Of a stretch of DNA of 64,000 nt, positions 8,666-18,289 are shown piece by piece (positions within the stretch are counted from its first letter, which is position 1; every line of letters starts with the position of its first letter). Origin of the DNA: a virus. The stretch covers positions 29,142 through 93,141 of IMG/VR virus record IMGVR_UViG_3300044691_000429. One strand, written 5' to 3'. A program made the translations under genes and the position numbers. The notes under the pieces were generated by a model, which was not told the origin of the DNA, did not search any database, and saw nothing but the letters and a program-made list of their open reading frames with translations.

Positions 8666-11600
8666 TGGCGTTCCCCCTGACCCGGCTGCCCATCACCGTC
8701 GAACTCCAGATCAACGGGACCTGGACCGACATCTCGGGCGACGTCCGCACGCAGGGCGGCACCGACGCGATCAGGACCGACCGCGGCATCAAGGCGTCGG
8801 GCGGCACCGTCGCGGATGCGGCGACGTGCTCGATGACACTGGACAACAACTCCGGGAACTATTCCAACCGCAACCCGACGTCGCCCTACTTCGGGTTCCT
8901 CGGGCGGAACACGCCGCTCCGGGTCGGTGTCGCCTTCGGCACTCCGTGGTTGAACGTCTCCGAAGGCGGCACGGAGCATGCCACGACACCTGATGCCGCA
9001 AACCTCGACATTACCGGAGATATCGATATCCGCCTCGACTTCGAACCCGCCGTATGGGGCGACTATCGCGACCACTCGGGTGGCGTCGGCTTGGGCGACA
9101 CCGACCTGATCGGGAAAGAAGTCCTCACCGGCAACCAGAGATCCTGGCGGCTGCTGCTGACCGACCAAGGGCGACTGAACTTCGGCTGGTCGCCGGACGG
9201 CGTCGCTGTCATCTTTGCGGAGTCCACCACCCCCTTGAGCCTTCCGCCGTACACGCGGCTGTCGGTCCGGGCGACTCTGGACGTCGACAATGGGGCGAGC
9301 GGCAATACGGTCACTTTCTACACGAGCACCACTGCCGGCACGTCCGGTCCGTGGACGCAACTCGGCTCTCCTGTTATCACCGCAGGGACGACGGCGATCT
9401 TCAATAGCACGGCGCCGCTAGAGGTCGGCGACATTGCCGAGACCGCCTTCGTCAGTCTTGCGAAGAAGATATACAAGGCCGAGGTCCGCAGCGGGATCGC
9501 CGGAACAGTCGTCGCCAACCCCAACTTCGAGGGACAGGCGGTCGGTGCGACATCGTTTGCGGACACTGCGCCGTCCCCCCGGACGTGGACGGTCGCAGCC
9601 GGGGCGCTCACCAACGTGTACCGCCGCTTCGTGGGCGAGGTGTCCGAATGGCCGCCGCAGTGGGACACGGGCGGCAAGGACGTCACCACCCCCATCACCG
9701 CGTCCGGGATCCTCCAGCGGTACAACCAGTCCAAGACGGTGCTCCAGTCCACGCTGCGCCGGCGCATCCCATCCCTGGCGACACTGACCGCGTACTGGCC
9801 GATGGAGGAAGGCGCCACCGCCACGCAGGCCGCCAGCCCGATCGCGGGCGTGCAGCCCATGCAGGTCACCGGGTTCACCTGGGCCGCCGACAGCAGCCTC
9901 GCCGGATCGGGGCCGCTTCCGCAGCTCGCCCCGCCGTCCACGATGACGGCCCGGGTCCCATCAGTGGCGCCCGGGGACTGGCAAGTTGAATGCGTCTACA
10001 AGCTCGGCACTCTCCCGGCCGCTCCGACGCTGATGATGCAGGTCAGCCTTTCGGGTGGAACTGGCGCACAGGTGCAGTTCCTGGTCGGAGTTGCAGTAGC
10101 CCGCATTCAGGTTCTTGACTCCACCGGCACTGTCGTGGCAACGGCGGACTCAACGCCCGACCACTTCACGGACAACTGGGGGCGCCTCCAGATCAAGATG
10201 TCTACGGTGACGGGGGTTGTCACTGCCCGGGTGGCGTGGCTTGTCATCGGCGCCAGCACTGCGGGAAACGTTGCAGCGGCTTTCACGGGGACTCCAGGCG
10301 CGGTGACGAAAGTGGCCGGGCTCTGGGATAGCGGCTTCTCAGGGATGAGCATCGGCCACCTGGGTGTCTTCCCGTTCAGCAGCGTCAGCCCCTACGACAG
10401 TGCGGACATCGCGTTCGACGGGGAGACTGCGGCGGCTCGGCTCTCCCGAGTTGCCGTTGAGCAGGCCGTCCCGCTGTCGATCGCGGCCCGTACCGCCGAC
10501 ACCGAACTGGTGGGACCGCAGGCGCAGGACACGTTCCTCAACGTCATCACCAGTGCCGCGCAGACCGACGAGGGGATGCTGCATGAGGCGCGCGAATTCC
10601 TCGGCATCCGCTGCCGGGGCCGCGCTTCGCTGTACAACCAGCCGTCCGCACTGGATCTGCCCTACGTGGCCACCCCGCAGGCGCTGATGGCTCCGCTCAA
10701 GCCCGTTGACGACCTGCAAGGCGTCCGCAACGACTCCACCGTGACGCGTCTCAACGGGTCGTCCGGGCGCAGCGTCGTCACCACAGGCCCGCTGTCCACC
10801 CTTCCCCCGCCACTCGGGATCGGCACCGGCTACGACGAGAACGTCACCCTCAATCTCCACTCGGACGACCAGACCGCACTCCACGCCGGGTGGCGCACCC
10901 ACATCGGCACCTGGGACGAGGCGAGGTTCCCCCAGGTCAACCTCAGCTTGGAGAAGAACCCGGCACTGATCCCCGCCGTGTGCCGCATCGACACGGGCAG
11001 CCGCATGCGGATCACCCCGCCGCTGCTCAAGCAACTGCCGCCGGACGCGATCGACCAGCTCGTACTCGGCTACGAGGAGAACATCAGCCAGTTCTCCTGG
11101 CGGCTCGCGTTCGCCTGCCAGCCCTACGGCCCATACGGGGTCGCGGTCGCCGACGACGCGGTCCTGGGCCGGGCCGATGTCGACGCCAGCCAGGCAAGCC
11201 AGCTCAACGCGGGCATCACCCCGACCGCGACGTCCATGCAGATCGCCACCACCTCGGGCCCGCTTTGGACCACCGACCCCGCGCAGCACCCGCTGCTCAT
11301 CCGCATGGGCGGCGAGACGATCCGAGTCGACTCGGTCGGCGCCACCATCATCAACGCCAACCCGTACCTGGATACCGGCCTCACCGGATGGACCGGAGCA
11401 GGCGCCACCCTCGGCCTGGCCACGACCCCGGTGTACGACATCGCCCAGCACGCCGTGCTCATCACCCCCGACGGGGTGAGCGCGTCCGGCGGCGCCAACT
11501 CCACCCGGTCCGCCGCGGGCACCGTCACGGCAGGCGCCTCGTATGTGGCGTGCCTGTGGGCGTACTCCCCGGGCGGATGGTCGGATCTGCGGCCGTCCGT

Positions 11601-11922
11601 GGACTGGTCGGACGCATCCGGAGTGTTCCTGTCCTCGTCGCTCGGTACCGGGTCCACCGTTCCCGCGGGTGCCTGGACGTTCCTGACGCAGACGTTCACG
11701 GCGCCGGCCAGCGCGAGCATGGCGACGGTGCGCGCCCGCCACGGCGGCACCCCCGCAGCGGCGAACACCTGGAATGCGTGGGGAATTCGCCTCCTGCCTG
11801 TAGCTGCCGCGCCATCGAGTCCGCAGACCGCGGCCGTCACCCGCTCCGTCAACACGGTGGTCAAAGCGCAGACCGCAGGCACCCCCATCACCGTCGCAAC
11901 TGCCGCCATCGCGGCGCTCTAG
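8665..11922 (+). CDS. Large minor tail / hub protein with LamG-like and carbohydrate-binding-like domains
   Basis: ATG 8665 overlaps the tape measure stop; VELQINGTWTDIS, LDN.SG.YS..NP.SPY and AYWPMEEG motifs; C-terminal NP....G..GW segment. Confidence 0.8.
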   Translation: MAFPLTRLPITVELQINGTWTDISGDVRTQGGTDAIRTDRGIKASGGTVADAATCSMTLDNNSGNYSNRNPTSPYFGFLGRNTPLRVGVAFGTPWLNVSEGGTEHATTPDAANLDITGDIDIRLDFEPAVWGDYRDHSGGVGLGDTDLIGKEVLTGNQRSWRLLLTDQGRLNFGWSPDGVAVIFAESTTPLSLPPYTRLSVRATLDVDNGASGNTVTFYTSTTAGTSGPWTQLGSPVITAGTTAIFNSTAPLEVGDIAETAFVSLAKKIYKAEVRSGIAGTVVANPNFEGQAVGATSFADTAPSPRTWTVAAGALTNVYRRFVGEVSEWPPQWDTGGKDVTTPITASGILQRYNQSKTVLQSTLRRRIPSLATLTAYWPMEEGATATQAASPIAGVQPMQVTGFTWAADSSLAGSGPLPQLAPPSTMTARVPSVAPGDWQVECVYKLGTLPAAPTLMMQVSLSGGTGAQVQFLVGVAVARIQVLDSTGTVVATADSTPDHFTDNWGRLQIKMSTVTGVVTARVAWLVIGASTAGNVAAAFTGTPGAVTKVAGLWDSGFSGMSIGHLGVFPFSSVSPYDSADIAFDGETAAARLSRVAVEQAVPLSIAARTADTELVGPQAQDTFLNVITSAAQTDEGMLHEAREFLGIRCRGRASLYNQPSALDLPYVATPQALMAPLKPVDDLQGVRNDSTVTRLNGSSGRSVVTTGPLSTLPPPLGIGTGYDENVTLNLHSDDQTALHAGWRTHIGTWDEARFPQVNLSLEKNPALIPAVCRIDTGSRMRITPPLLKQLPPDAIDQLVLGYEENISQFSWRLAFACQPYGPYGVAVADDAVLGRADVDASQASQLNAGITPTATSMQIATTSGPLWTTDPAQHPLLIRMGGETIRVDSVGATIINANPYLDTGLTGWTGAGATLGLATTPVYDIAQHAVLITPDGVSASGGANSTRSAAGTVTAGASYVACLWAYSPGGWSDLRPSVDWSDASGVFLSSSLGTGSTVPAGAWTFLTQTFTAPASASMATVRARHGGTPAAANTWNAWGIRLLPVAAAPSSPQTAAVTRSVNTVVKAQTAGTPITVATAAIAAL

Positions 11923-11934
11923 GAAGGGGGACCG

Positions 11935-12402
11935 ATGGCCTTCACCGCATGGGCTGGCGGAGACAAGCTCACCGCACTGCGCCTCAACGGCATGGTCGGC
12001 ACGCCCACCGCATACACCCCGGTCGTCACCAACGGCGGCAGCGCCACGTTCACGACGAAGACCGGCATCTTCGTCATGGTCGGCCCCCTGACCTGGATCA
12101 ACGTCGACATCACTATTGGCACGGCCGGATCCGGCGCGGGCGTGGTGACGATCTCCATGCCCACCACCCCGGACCGCACGCAGCGGCAGGTCGTCACTAT
12201 GCACACCGAGTCGATCGGCGCCAACGGCAACGCGATCAGCCACATCGGCGGCGGTGAGGCGGTGTTCCTCGCTGGCGGGTCCGGCGCCGCCACCGACCGG
12301 CTCCGCACCGACGAGGGCAGCACCACCGCCCGCGAGAACAACATTCTCGGCGCCGACCTGCTCACCGGCGGCCACATCACCATCCAGGGGTTCTACCTGT
12401 GA
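11935..12402 (+). CDS. Small minor tail / fibre protein
   Basis: W.GG.KLTA.RLN N-terminus, beta-rich, follows the hub gene. Confidence 0.65.
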   Translation: MAFTAWAGGDKLTALRLNGMVGTPTAYTPVVTNGGSATFTTKTGIFVMVGPLTWINVDITIGTAGSGAGVVTISMPTTPDRTQRQVVTMHTESIGANGNAISHIGGGEAVFLAGGSGAATDRLRTDEGSTTARENNILGADLLTGGHITIQGFYL

Positions 12403-12427
12403 CCCCGCCAGCGCCCCGGGAGGGCAC

Positions 12428-13291
12428 ATGACCATGACGTTCCGCGCGGGTAGGAAGCCCGCGCAGCCGGCCCGACCGCACCTGAAGTTCTCCGCGGTTC
12501 TCGCCGAGGCCCGGGAGAAGTCGACCCTGGAAGTGGCCGCGCCCCCGGTGTCGGCCCTGTACGCCGACGCGTCGATCACCTGGGACATGCTCGGCAACGA
12601 CGCGGTCGGAGACTGCACCTGCGCCGAGGTCGGGCACCAGGTCAACCAGTTCACCTGGTACGGCTCCGGCGCCGAGGTCAAGCCGACTACCGCGCAGGTG
12701 CTCGCGTTCTACTCGGCGATCACCGGCTACAACCCGAACGACCCGAACAGCGACACCGGCGCCTACGTGCAGGACGTCCTCGCGTACTGGCGGAAGGCGG
12801 GCCTGATAGGTCACACGATCGTGGCCTACGCCGCGGTCGACGTGGCGAACGTCATCGAGGTCAAGCAGGCGCTCGCCCTGTTCGGGTCGCTGAACGTCGG
12901 CCTGAGCTTCCCCGGTTCCGCGATGGACCAGTTCAACGCGGGCCAGGACTGGGACGTCGTCCCGGGCGCCACCATCGAGGGCGGCCACTGCGTGATGGTC
13001 GTCGGCTACGACGCGGCCGGGCTGGACCTGATCACCTGGGGTCGCCGCATTCGGATGACCTGGGCTTTCTGGCGGGCCTACGTCGATGAGGCGTGGCTCG
13101 TTCTCGACGCGGACGGGGTGAAGAAGGCGGGCGCGTACTTCACCGGGCTGGCCAGTTTCTACGCGCTCGGGCAGGCGTTCACCGCGCTCACCGGGCAGGC
13201 CAACCCGATCCCCGCGCCGGCTCCGACCGGGGTCACCGGAGCGCAGGTCGCTGCTGGGGTGCGAGCGGCACTGACCAAGCTGGGGGTGTGA
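12428..13291 (+). CDS. Papain-like (C1-type) cysteine peptidase
   Basis: GND.VGDCTCA (catalytic Cys), GGHCVMVVGYD (His), ITWG. Confidence 0.75.
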   Translation: MTMTFRAGRKPAQPARPHLKFSAVLAEAREKSTLEVAAPPVSALYADASITWDMLGNDAVGDCTCAEVGHQVNQFTWYGSGAEVKPTTAQVLAFYSAITGYNPNDPNSDTGAYVQDVLAYWRKAGLIGHTIVAYAAVDVANVIEVKQALALFGSLNVGLSFPGSAMDQFNAGQDWDVVPGATIEGGHCVMVVGYDAAGLDLITWGRRIRMTWAFWRAYVDEAWLVLDADGVKKAGAYFTGLASFYALGQAFTALTGQANPIPAPAPTGVTGAQVAAGVRAALTKLGV

Positions 13292-13292
13292 C

Positions 13293-13577
13293 GTGGACGC
13301 CATCTACCGCGAGCGCGCCCACCTCGTAGCGCACCTAGCTGCCATCTACCCGTCACACATCGGGCACACCGACCCCGACGAGCCGGAGTGGGCTGTCGTC
13401 ACTATCAGCCTGCCTACCGGCCAGGCCACGTGGCACGTCGCGCCCGACGACATGGACCTCTTCGGGCACGTCCGCACGGACATCAGCGAACCGTGGGACG
13501 GCCACACCACCGAGCAGAAGTACGCCCGCCTGGACCATGCGACCCGCGTGAAGGCGGCCGGGGAGTGGGTGGCCTGA
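13293..13577 (+). CDS. WDGH-motif small protein
   Basis: YRER..L, LPTGQATWH and WDGHTT..KY.RL motifs. Confidence 0.7.
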   Translation: MDAIYRERAHLVAHLAAIYPSHIGHTDPDEPEWAVVTISLPTGQATWHVAPDDMDLFGHVRTDISEPWDGHTTEQKYARLDHATRVKAAGEWVA

Positions 13578-14509
13578 TGACCGCCATCCCCGGTGTCGAC
13601 TACTCCTCCGGCCGCCCGGGCGGCGCCGCGCTCGCGGCCGCGGGCAAGGCGTTCGCGGCGCGGTACGTGAGCACGCCGGGCAACCCGAAGAACATCACCC
13701 GGGCGGAGGCTGACGACCTCGCCGCGCACGGCGTGTGGTCCGTCGTCGTGTGGGAGACCACCGCCAACCGGGCCGGCGCCGGCCGCGCCGCGGGCATCGC
13801 CGATGCGCACGACGCCGTGGCCCAGGCGACCGCCGCAGGGATGCCGGGCAGCCGTCCGCTGTACTTCGCCGTGGACTGGGATGCCGACCCCGCCACGGTC
13901 GTCCCCTACTTCCAGGGCGTCGCCTCGGTACTCGGGTTGCCCCGGGTCGGCGGCTACGGCGGCTTCAAGGTCATCAAGTACCTGCTCGACCACGGCCTGA
14001 TCACCTACGGATGGCAGACCGCAGCCTGGTCGCAGGGCAAGCGGGACCCGCGCGCGGCCATCTACCAGCCCGCCACCGGCGTGCACATCAACGGCGTGGC
14101 CTGCGACAACGACACCGCGACCGTCACCGACTACGGGCAATGGATGCCCGGCAAAACCCCGGAGGCCCCCGTGCCTGACCTGACCCCGCAGATCGCCGAC
14201 GACACCAAGACCCTGCGCTCCGACCTGACCAAGGTCGCCTCCCTCACCGAAAAGGACGCGGCGGGCCACCCGGCGATCCACCCGGCGTCGTACTACCTCG
14301 CGCACACCCACTACGACGCGGTCCTGCTCAACACCAAGATCGACGGCCTGACCTCGCAGGTCGCCGCCCTGGCCAAGTCCCCGGGCGGCGCCACCCTGAC
14401 GGATGCCCAGGTCTCCGCCATCGCCGCGCAGGTCGCAGCCAGCCCCGTCCTCGCCGCAGCGGTGGCGACGGCCGTCGTCGACATCGAAGCCAAGCGTCTC
14501 CAGTCCTGA
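13577..14509 (+). CDS. Endolysin, GH25-like (DUF1906/Rv2525c-type) glycoside hydrolase
   Basis: GVDYS, F.ARY, VVWET, LYFAVDWD, GGYGG, WQT.AWS, DYGQW motifs; upstream of the holin. Confidence 0.88.
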   Translation: MTAIPGVDYSSGRPGGAALAAAGKAFAARYVSTPGNPKNITRAEADDLAAHGVWSVVVWETTANRAGAGRAAGIADAHDAVAQATAAGMPGSRPLYFAVDWDADPATVVPYFQGVASVLGLPRVGGYGGFKVIKYLLDHGLITYGWQTAAWSQGKRDPRAAIYQPATGVHINGVACDNDTATVTDYGQWMPGKTPEAPVPDLTPQIADDTKTLRSDLTKVASLTEKDAAGHPAIHPASYYLAHTHYDAVLLNTKIDGLTSQVAALAKSPGGATLTDAQVSAIAAQVAASPVLAAAVATAVVDIEAKRLQS

Positions 14510-14544
14510 CCCGACCCGACCCCACCAGCAGAAACGGTTACCCC

Positions 14545-14913
14545 ATGAAGTTCAAGATCTTCGGCTACGAGCCCGCCCTGATCATCGGCGCGCTCTCGGC
14601 CGCCCTGTCCCTGGTCGTGACGCTCGGCCTCGGCCTGACCACCGACCAGGCGGGCGCCTGGGTCGCCGTCATCAGCGGCGTCTTCGCCGTGGTCACCGCA
14701 GTCACGACCCGGCCGATCGCCCCGGCCGCGTTCACCGGGCTCGTCGCGGTCGTCGCCGCGCTGCTGTCGGCCTACCACTTCGGCGTCGCCCCGGGAACGG
14801 TCGCCGCGATCAACACCATGGTGCTCGCCGTCCTGACCCTGCTGACCCGCGGCCAGGTCTCCCCGACCGCGACCGCGAAGGCCCCGGCGGTGTCCGCTCG
14901 GTCTGACGCCTGA
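14545..14913 (+). CDS. Holin
   Basis: IFGYEPAL N-terminus, about 4 hydrophobic segments, R.QVSP C-terminus; follows the lysin. Confidence 0.8.
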   Translation: MKFKIFGYEPALIIGALSAALSLVVTLGLGLTTDQAGAWVAVISGVFAVVTAVTTRPIAPAAFTGLVAVVAALLSAYHFGVAPGTVAAINTMVLAVLTLLTRGQVSPTATAKAPAVSARSDA

Positions 14914-14944
14914 CTCGATCTGATGTGCGCGCCCTGGAGATCAC

Positions 14945-15223
14945 GTGAGCACCGCCATGGTTGGGGCCGTTGCCGCACTGCTGGCCTCGGTCCTGACCGC
15001 ACTGGCGGCCATGTACGGCAGCCGGGGCGCGAACCGGGCATCAAGGGAGGGCGGAGCCCTGAACGGCTACAACAATCTCACTGACCAGCTCCAGGAGGAA
15101 CGCAAGGAGTTGCGGGCCGAACAGCGCGCCGAACTCGCCGCAGTCCGGGCGGACCTGGCAGCGGAGCGCCTGGAGTCAGCGAGGCTCCGCCTGATGGTTC
15201 AGCAACTCGGGGGTACGCCATGA
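14945..15223 (+). CDS. Membrane-anchored coiled-coil protein (lysis cassette)
   Basis: N-terminal TM followed by a heptad-rich helix. Confidence 0.7.
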   Translation: MSTAMVGAVAALLASVLTALAAMYGSRGANRASREGGALNGYNNLTDQLQEERKELRAEQRAELAAVRADLAAERLESARLRLMVQQLGGTP

Positions 15224-15957
15224 CCCGGCTGGAGCGGGCGCTGGTCCGGCGCCGCACGATGCTGTTCGTCGTCGCCGCGCTCCTGTTCCTGGGCAGCGCG
15301 GTGACGGTGGCGTTCATCCTGATCGGCCGCCAGACGGACCGCGCCAACCAGCTCGCCACCGAGGCGGACCTGCGCGGTACCGCGGTGAGCACGCTGGCCG
15401 GGGACGTGCGGGCGCTGCGCTCGCAGGTGCAGGCCGGCGGTCACACCCCCGTCGCGCCCGACCCCAGCAAAGCCGTCAGCAACCTGCCCGCGCGCACCGA
15501 AGTGCCGGTGCCGATCCCGGGGCCGCCCGGACCCAAGGGGGATCAAGGCGCGCGGGGAGCGTCCGGCGCGTCCGCATCCCCGATCCCCGGGCCGAGCGGA
15601 CCCGCAGGCTCGCCGGGCGCGGGCTCCAACGTTCCCGGCCCGGCCGGTTCACCGGGCGGCGCGGGGGTGCAGGGCATACCCGGAGCGCCGGGCGCCCCGG
15701 GCAAGGACGGCACCGATGGCACAAACGGGGCCGACGGCACGAACGGCCGCGACGGAGCAGCCGGTCAACCCCCCGCCGGCTGGACGTACACCGATCCCGC
15801 CGGCCAGTCCTACACCTGCTCGCCGGTCTCCGGGTTCGACCCGTCGGCGCCGCGGTATGCCTGCACGGCCGATGCGGCGCCGTCGCCGAGCCCGTCACCC
15901 AGTCCATCCCCGAGCACGACCCCGCCCGCGCTGCTGTCCACTCGCCGCCGGACCTAA
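15220..15957 (+). CDS. Membrane-anchored collagen-like protein
   Basis: N-terminal TM, LRSQVQAGG.TPV helix, Gly-X-Y tract, C-terminal Cys pair and (SP)n. Confidence 0.8.
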   Translation: MTRLERALVRRRTMLFVVAALLFLGSAVTVAFILIGRQTDRANQLATEADLRGTAVSTLAGDVRALRSQVQAGGHTPVAPDPSKAVSNLPARTEVPVPIPGPPGPKGDQGARGASGASASPIPGPSGPAGSPGAGSNVPGPAGSPGGAGVQGIPGAPGAPGKDGTDGTNGADGTNGRDGAAGQPPAGWTYTDPAGQSYTCSPVSGFDPSAPRYACTADAAPSPSPSPSPSPSTTPPALLSTRRRT

Positions 15958-15966
15958 GGAGCTGTC

Positions 15967-18057
15967 ATGGGTTTCCCGGCGAGTGCGCAGACCACCGTTC
16001 TCACGGTCACCGCGACCGCGGCGAACGGTGCGGCGGAGCGCGAGACGATCACGCTGACACCGTCGCCGCCGCAGATCGTGTCCACAACGCTCAACCACAT
16101 CGTGGACGGCGACCCGGTCACCATCACCCCGGACCGCGGCAGCGGTGCGGGCGCCCTGCGCCTGCTGAACACGGACGCCTCCGGGTACAACCCGACGGGG
16201 TGGACGTACACGGTGCAGCGCGGCACCCGGGCCCCGTACTCCGTCAGCATCCCGGCGTCCCTCGGCCCGACCGTGGACCTCGCCGACCTCACCCCGGTCA
16301 CGTCCACCCCGGGGACATATGACCTGCTCATCCACGCCACGGACCTCGGTGGCGCTGCCGCGCTGAACGTCGGCACCGGCGCGGGCACCGTGGCGGCCGG
16401 CGACGACAGCCGGTTCGGGAACTCCAGCCCGTGGCGGTTCAGCATCGCGGACTACGGCGCCGTCAGCGACGCGGTGCTGGTCCACGACGGGGCGGTCACC
16501 GGCGGGGTGGCAGCGGTCACCTGCGCGACCAGCACCCCGTTCCCCGCCGGGCTCACCGGGAAGTCGATTCTGGTCCAGGGCGCCGGCCCGACAGGCGTCA
16601 CCGCGTTCCGGTCAACGATCACGGGGCGCACCAACTCGGGCACGGTCACCCTGGCCGACACTCCACCGACGAGCATCACCGGCGCCATCGTAGCGTTCGG
16701 CACGAACAACTACGCCGCGATCCGCCGGGCCGCAGCAGCCGCCGAGGACTACCTCAACGGCACCGGGGTCGGCGCAGCATCAACGCCCCACACCTACGCG
16801 CAGGTCTACACCCCGCCCGGCGTCTATGCCCTCGACGGGCCGCTGGACACCAGCAAGAGCGGCAACGGGCAGGTGCCGCTCGGGGTCTACCCGACCACCG
16901 GCGTGAAGAAAGTGCCGGACTTCTACGGCGAGGGCTCCGGCGCCGGGGTCCGCCACTGGGAGCAGTTGGTGCCGCAGTTCGGCGGATCGTGCTGGATCTC
17001 GTTCGGGTTCTACACGTCCACGTCGGCGCAGCTCAACGACATCAACGCCAACGGCAACCCAGGCATCATCAGCGGCCCGAACGAGGGCACGGGCAACGGG
17101 CTCGCCTATGGTGCAGCGGCGCGGTTCTCCAACATCATGCCGATGATCAGGAACATGGCGTTCCTCGTGCCGCACACAAGCTTCGGCCTGCCCTACGCCG
17201 CTTGGAGCTTCTTCGGGTGCGCGAACGCCCACGTCGAGAACGTCAGCGTCTCCACGCTGGGCGTTGTGCCCGGCTCGGACTACGCCACCCCGGGGACGTT
17301 CGGCACGGGGCTGAGCATCGGCGCGCTGATGCCCGCGCCCGGCAATAACGACCTGAGCGTCATCCGGAACCTGTCGATCCAGGGCGGTTTCACCTACGGC
17401 CTGTTCCTGTCCGAGCACACCATCGTGGACCGGGTGATGGTCCTGTACTGCTGGGCAGGCCTGTGCCCGGTCGGGAGCTACGCCGGGTCGGTCGGCGCCG
17501 TCCACGCGATCAAGGTCGCTACCGCCAGCATCGAGGCGTGCGGCCGGGAGGTGTACATCATCGGCGCCGGCAGCCAGGGCGTGGGGCCGCGAATCGACAT
17601 CGACCAGCTGCAAACCGAGTCCGGCACGCCGACTTTCGATGGCAACAGCACGGCGGCGCTGGCCAGCGCGGAGGGCCGCATCGTCCTGACGGGGCTGTTC
17701 ACGCCGTCGGGGGTGAGCATCGCGCAGCCATCGGGGATCGAGCTGGTCAACGGGCAGGTCCCGCGCGCCATCACCATCCAGACCGCGAACTACGCGGCCG
17801 GCCCGCTCGACCGGACGGTGCTGATGGACACCACCGCGGGGAACCTGACGCTGTCCCTGCCGGATGCCGACTTCAACCCGGTCGAGTACATCGCCAAGAA
17901 CGTGGGCGCGAACACGCTGACGGTCGCGGCGCTGACCAGCCCGCAACAGAAGATCTACGACACGTCCAGCGCCAACAGCATCAGCCTCGCGGCCGGGGTG
18001 TCCGCCCGGCTGCAGGCGAAGTACAACGGGACCGCCTGGAGTTGGTACCGGGTGTGA
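15967..18057 (+). CDS. Tailspike / beta-helix receptor-binding or depolymerase protein
   Basis: VAAGDDSRF, ADYGAV.D, TNNYAAI..A, YTPPGVY pectate-lyase-3-like pattern; 696 aa. Confidence 0.7.
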   Translation: MGFPASAQTTVLTVTATAANGAAERETITLTPSPPQIVSTTLNHIVDGDPVTITPDRGSGAGALRLLNTDASGYNPTGWTYTVQRGTRAPYSVSIPASLGPTVDLADLTPVTSTPGTYDLLIHATDLGGAAALNVGTGAGTVAAGDDSRFGNSSPWRFSIADYGAVSDAVLVHDGAVTGGVAAVTCATSTPFPAGLTGKSILVQGAGPTGVTAFRSTITGRTNSGTVTLADTPPTSITGAIVAFGTNNYAAIRRAAAAAEDYLNGTGVGAASTPHTYAQVYTPPGVYALDGPLDTSKSGNGQVPLGVYPTTGVKKVPDFYGEGSGAGVRHWEQLVPQFGGSCWISFGFYTSTSAQLNDINANGNPGIISGPNEGTGNGLAYGAAARFSNIMPMIRNMAFLVPHTSFGLPYAAWSFFGCANAHVENVSVSTLGVVPGSDYATPGTFGTGLSIGALMPAPGNNDLSVIRNLSIQGGFTYGLFLSEHTIVDRVMVLYCWAGLCPVGSYAGSVGAVHAIKVATASIEACGREVYIIGAGSQGVGPRIDIDQLQTESGTPTFDGNSTAALASAEGRIVLTGLFTPSGVSIAQPSGIELVNGQVPRAITIQTANYAAGPLDRTVLMDTTAGNLTLSLPDADFNPVEYIAKNVGANTLTVAALTSPQQKIYDTSSANSISLAAGVSARLQAKYNGTAWSWYRV

Positions 18058-18094
18058 CCAGGGCAGCAATTCGCACCCGCCCGAGCGGGCGGAG

Positions 18095-18289
18095 TCAGCT
18101 CAGTCCACGCCGCGCCCGGCACCACTGCCGCCCGCAGTCGATCAACTCGGGGTCGGAGTGGTCGGGGACGCCGTCGCCGTCGGCGGCCGCCGTGATGCCG
18201 AGGTCGCCTTCCAGTGTGCGGATCACCAGCGGCCACGCCCGGTCGTGGACATCGCAGCGGCGGGCGATGCGGCGCAGGATGCCGGTCAT
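18095..18289 (-). CDS. Hypothetical protein
   Basis: ATG 18289 with GGAGG RBS, overlaps the upstream stop. Confidence 0.5.
   Translation of the reverse strand: MTGILRRIARRCDVHDRAWPLVIRTLEGDLGITAAADGDGVPDHSDPELIDCGRQWCRARRGLS

Noticed and set aside
15520-15920. Repeats in the collagen gene as a DNA-level repeat or CRISPR-like array
   Set aside because: Explained by Gly-X-Y and Ser-Pro coding; no constant repeat-spacer structure.
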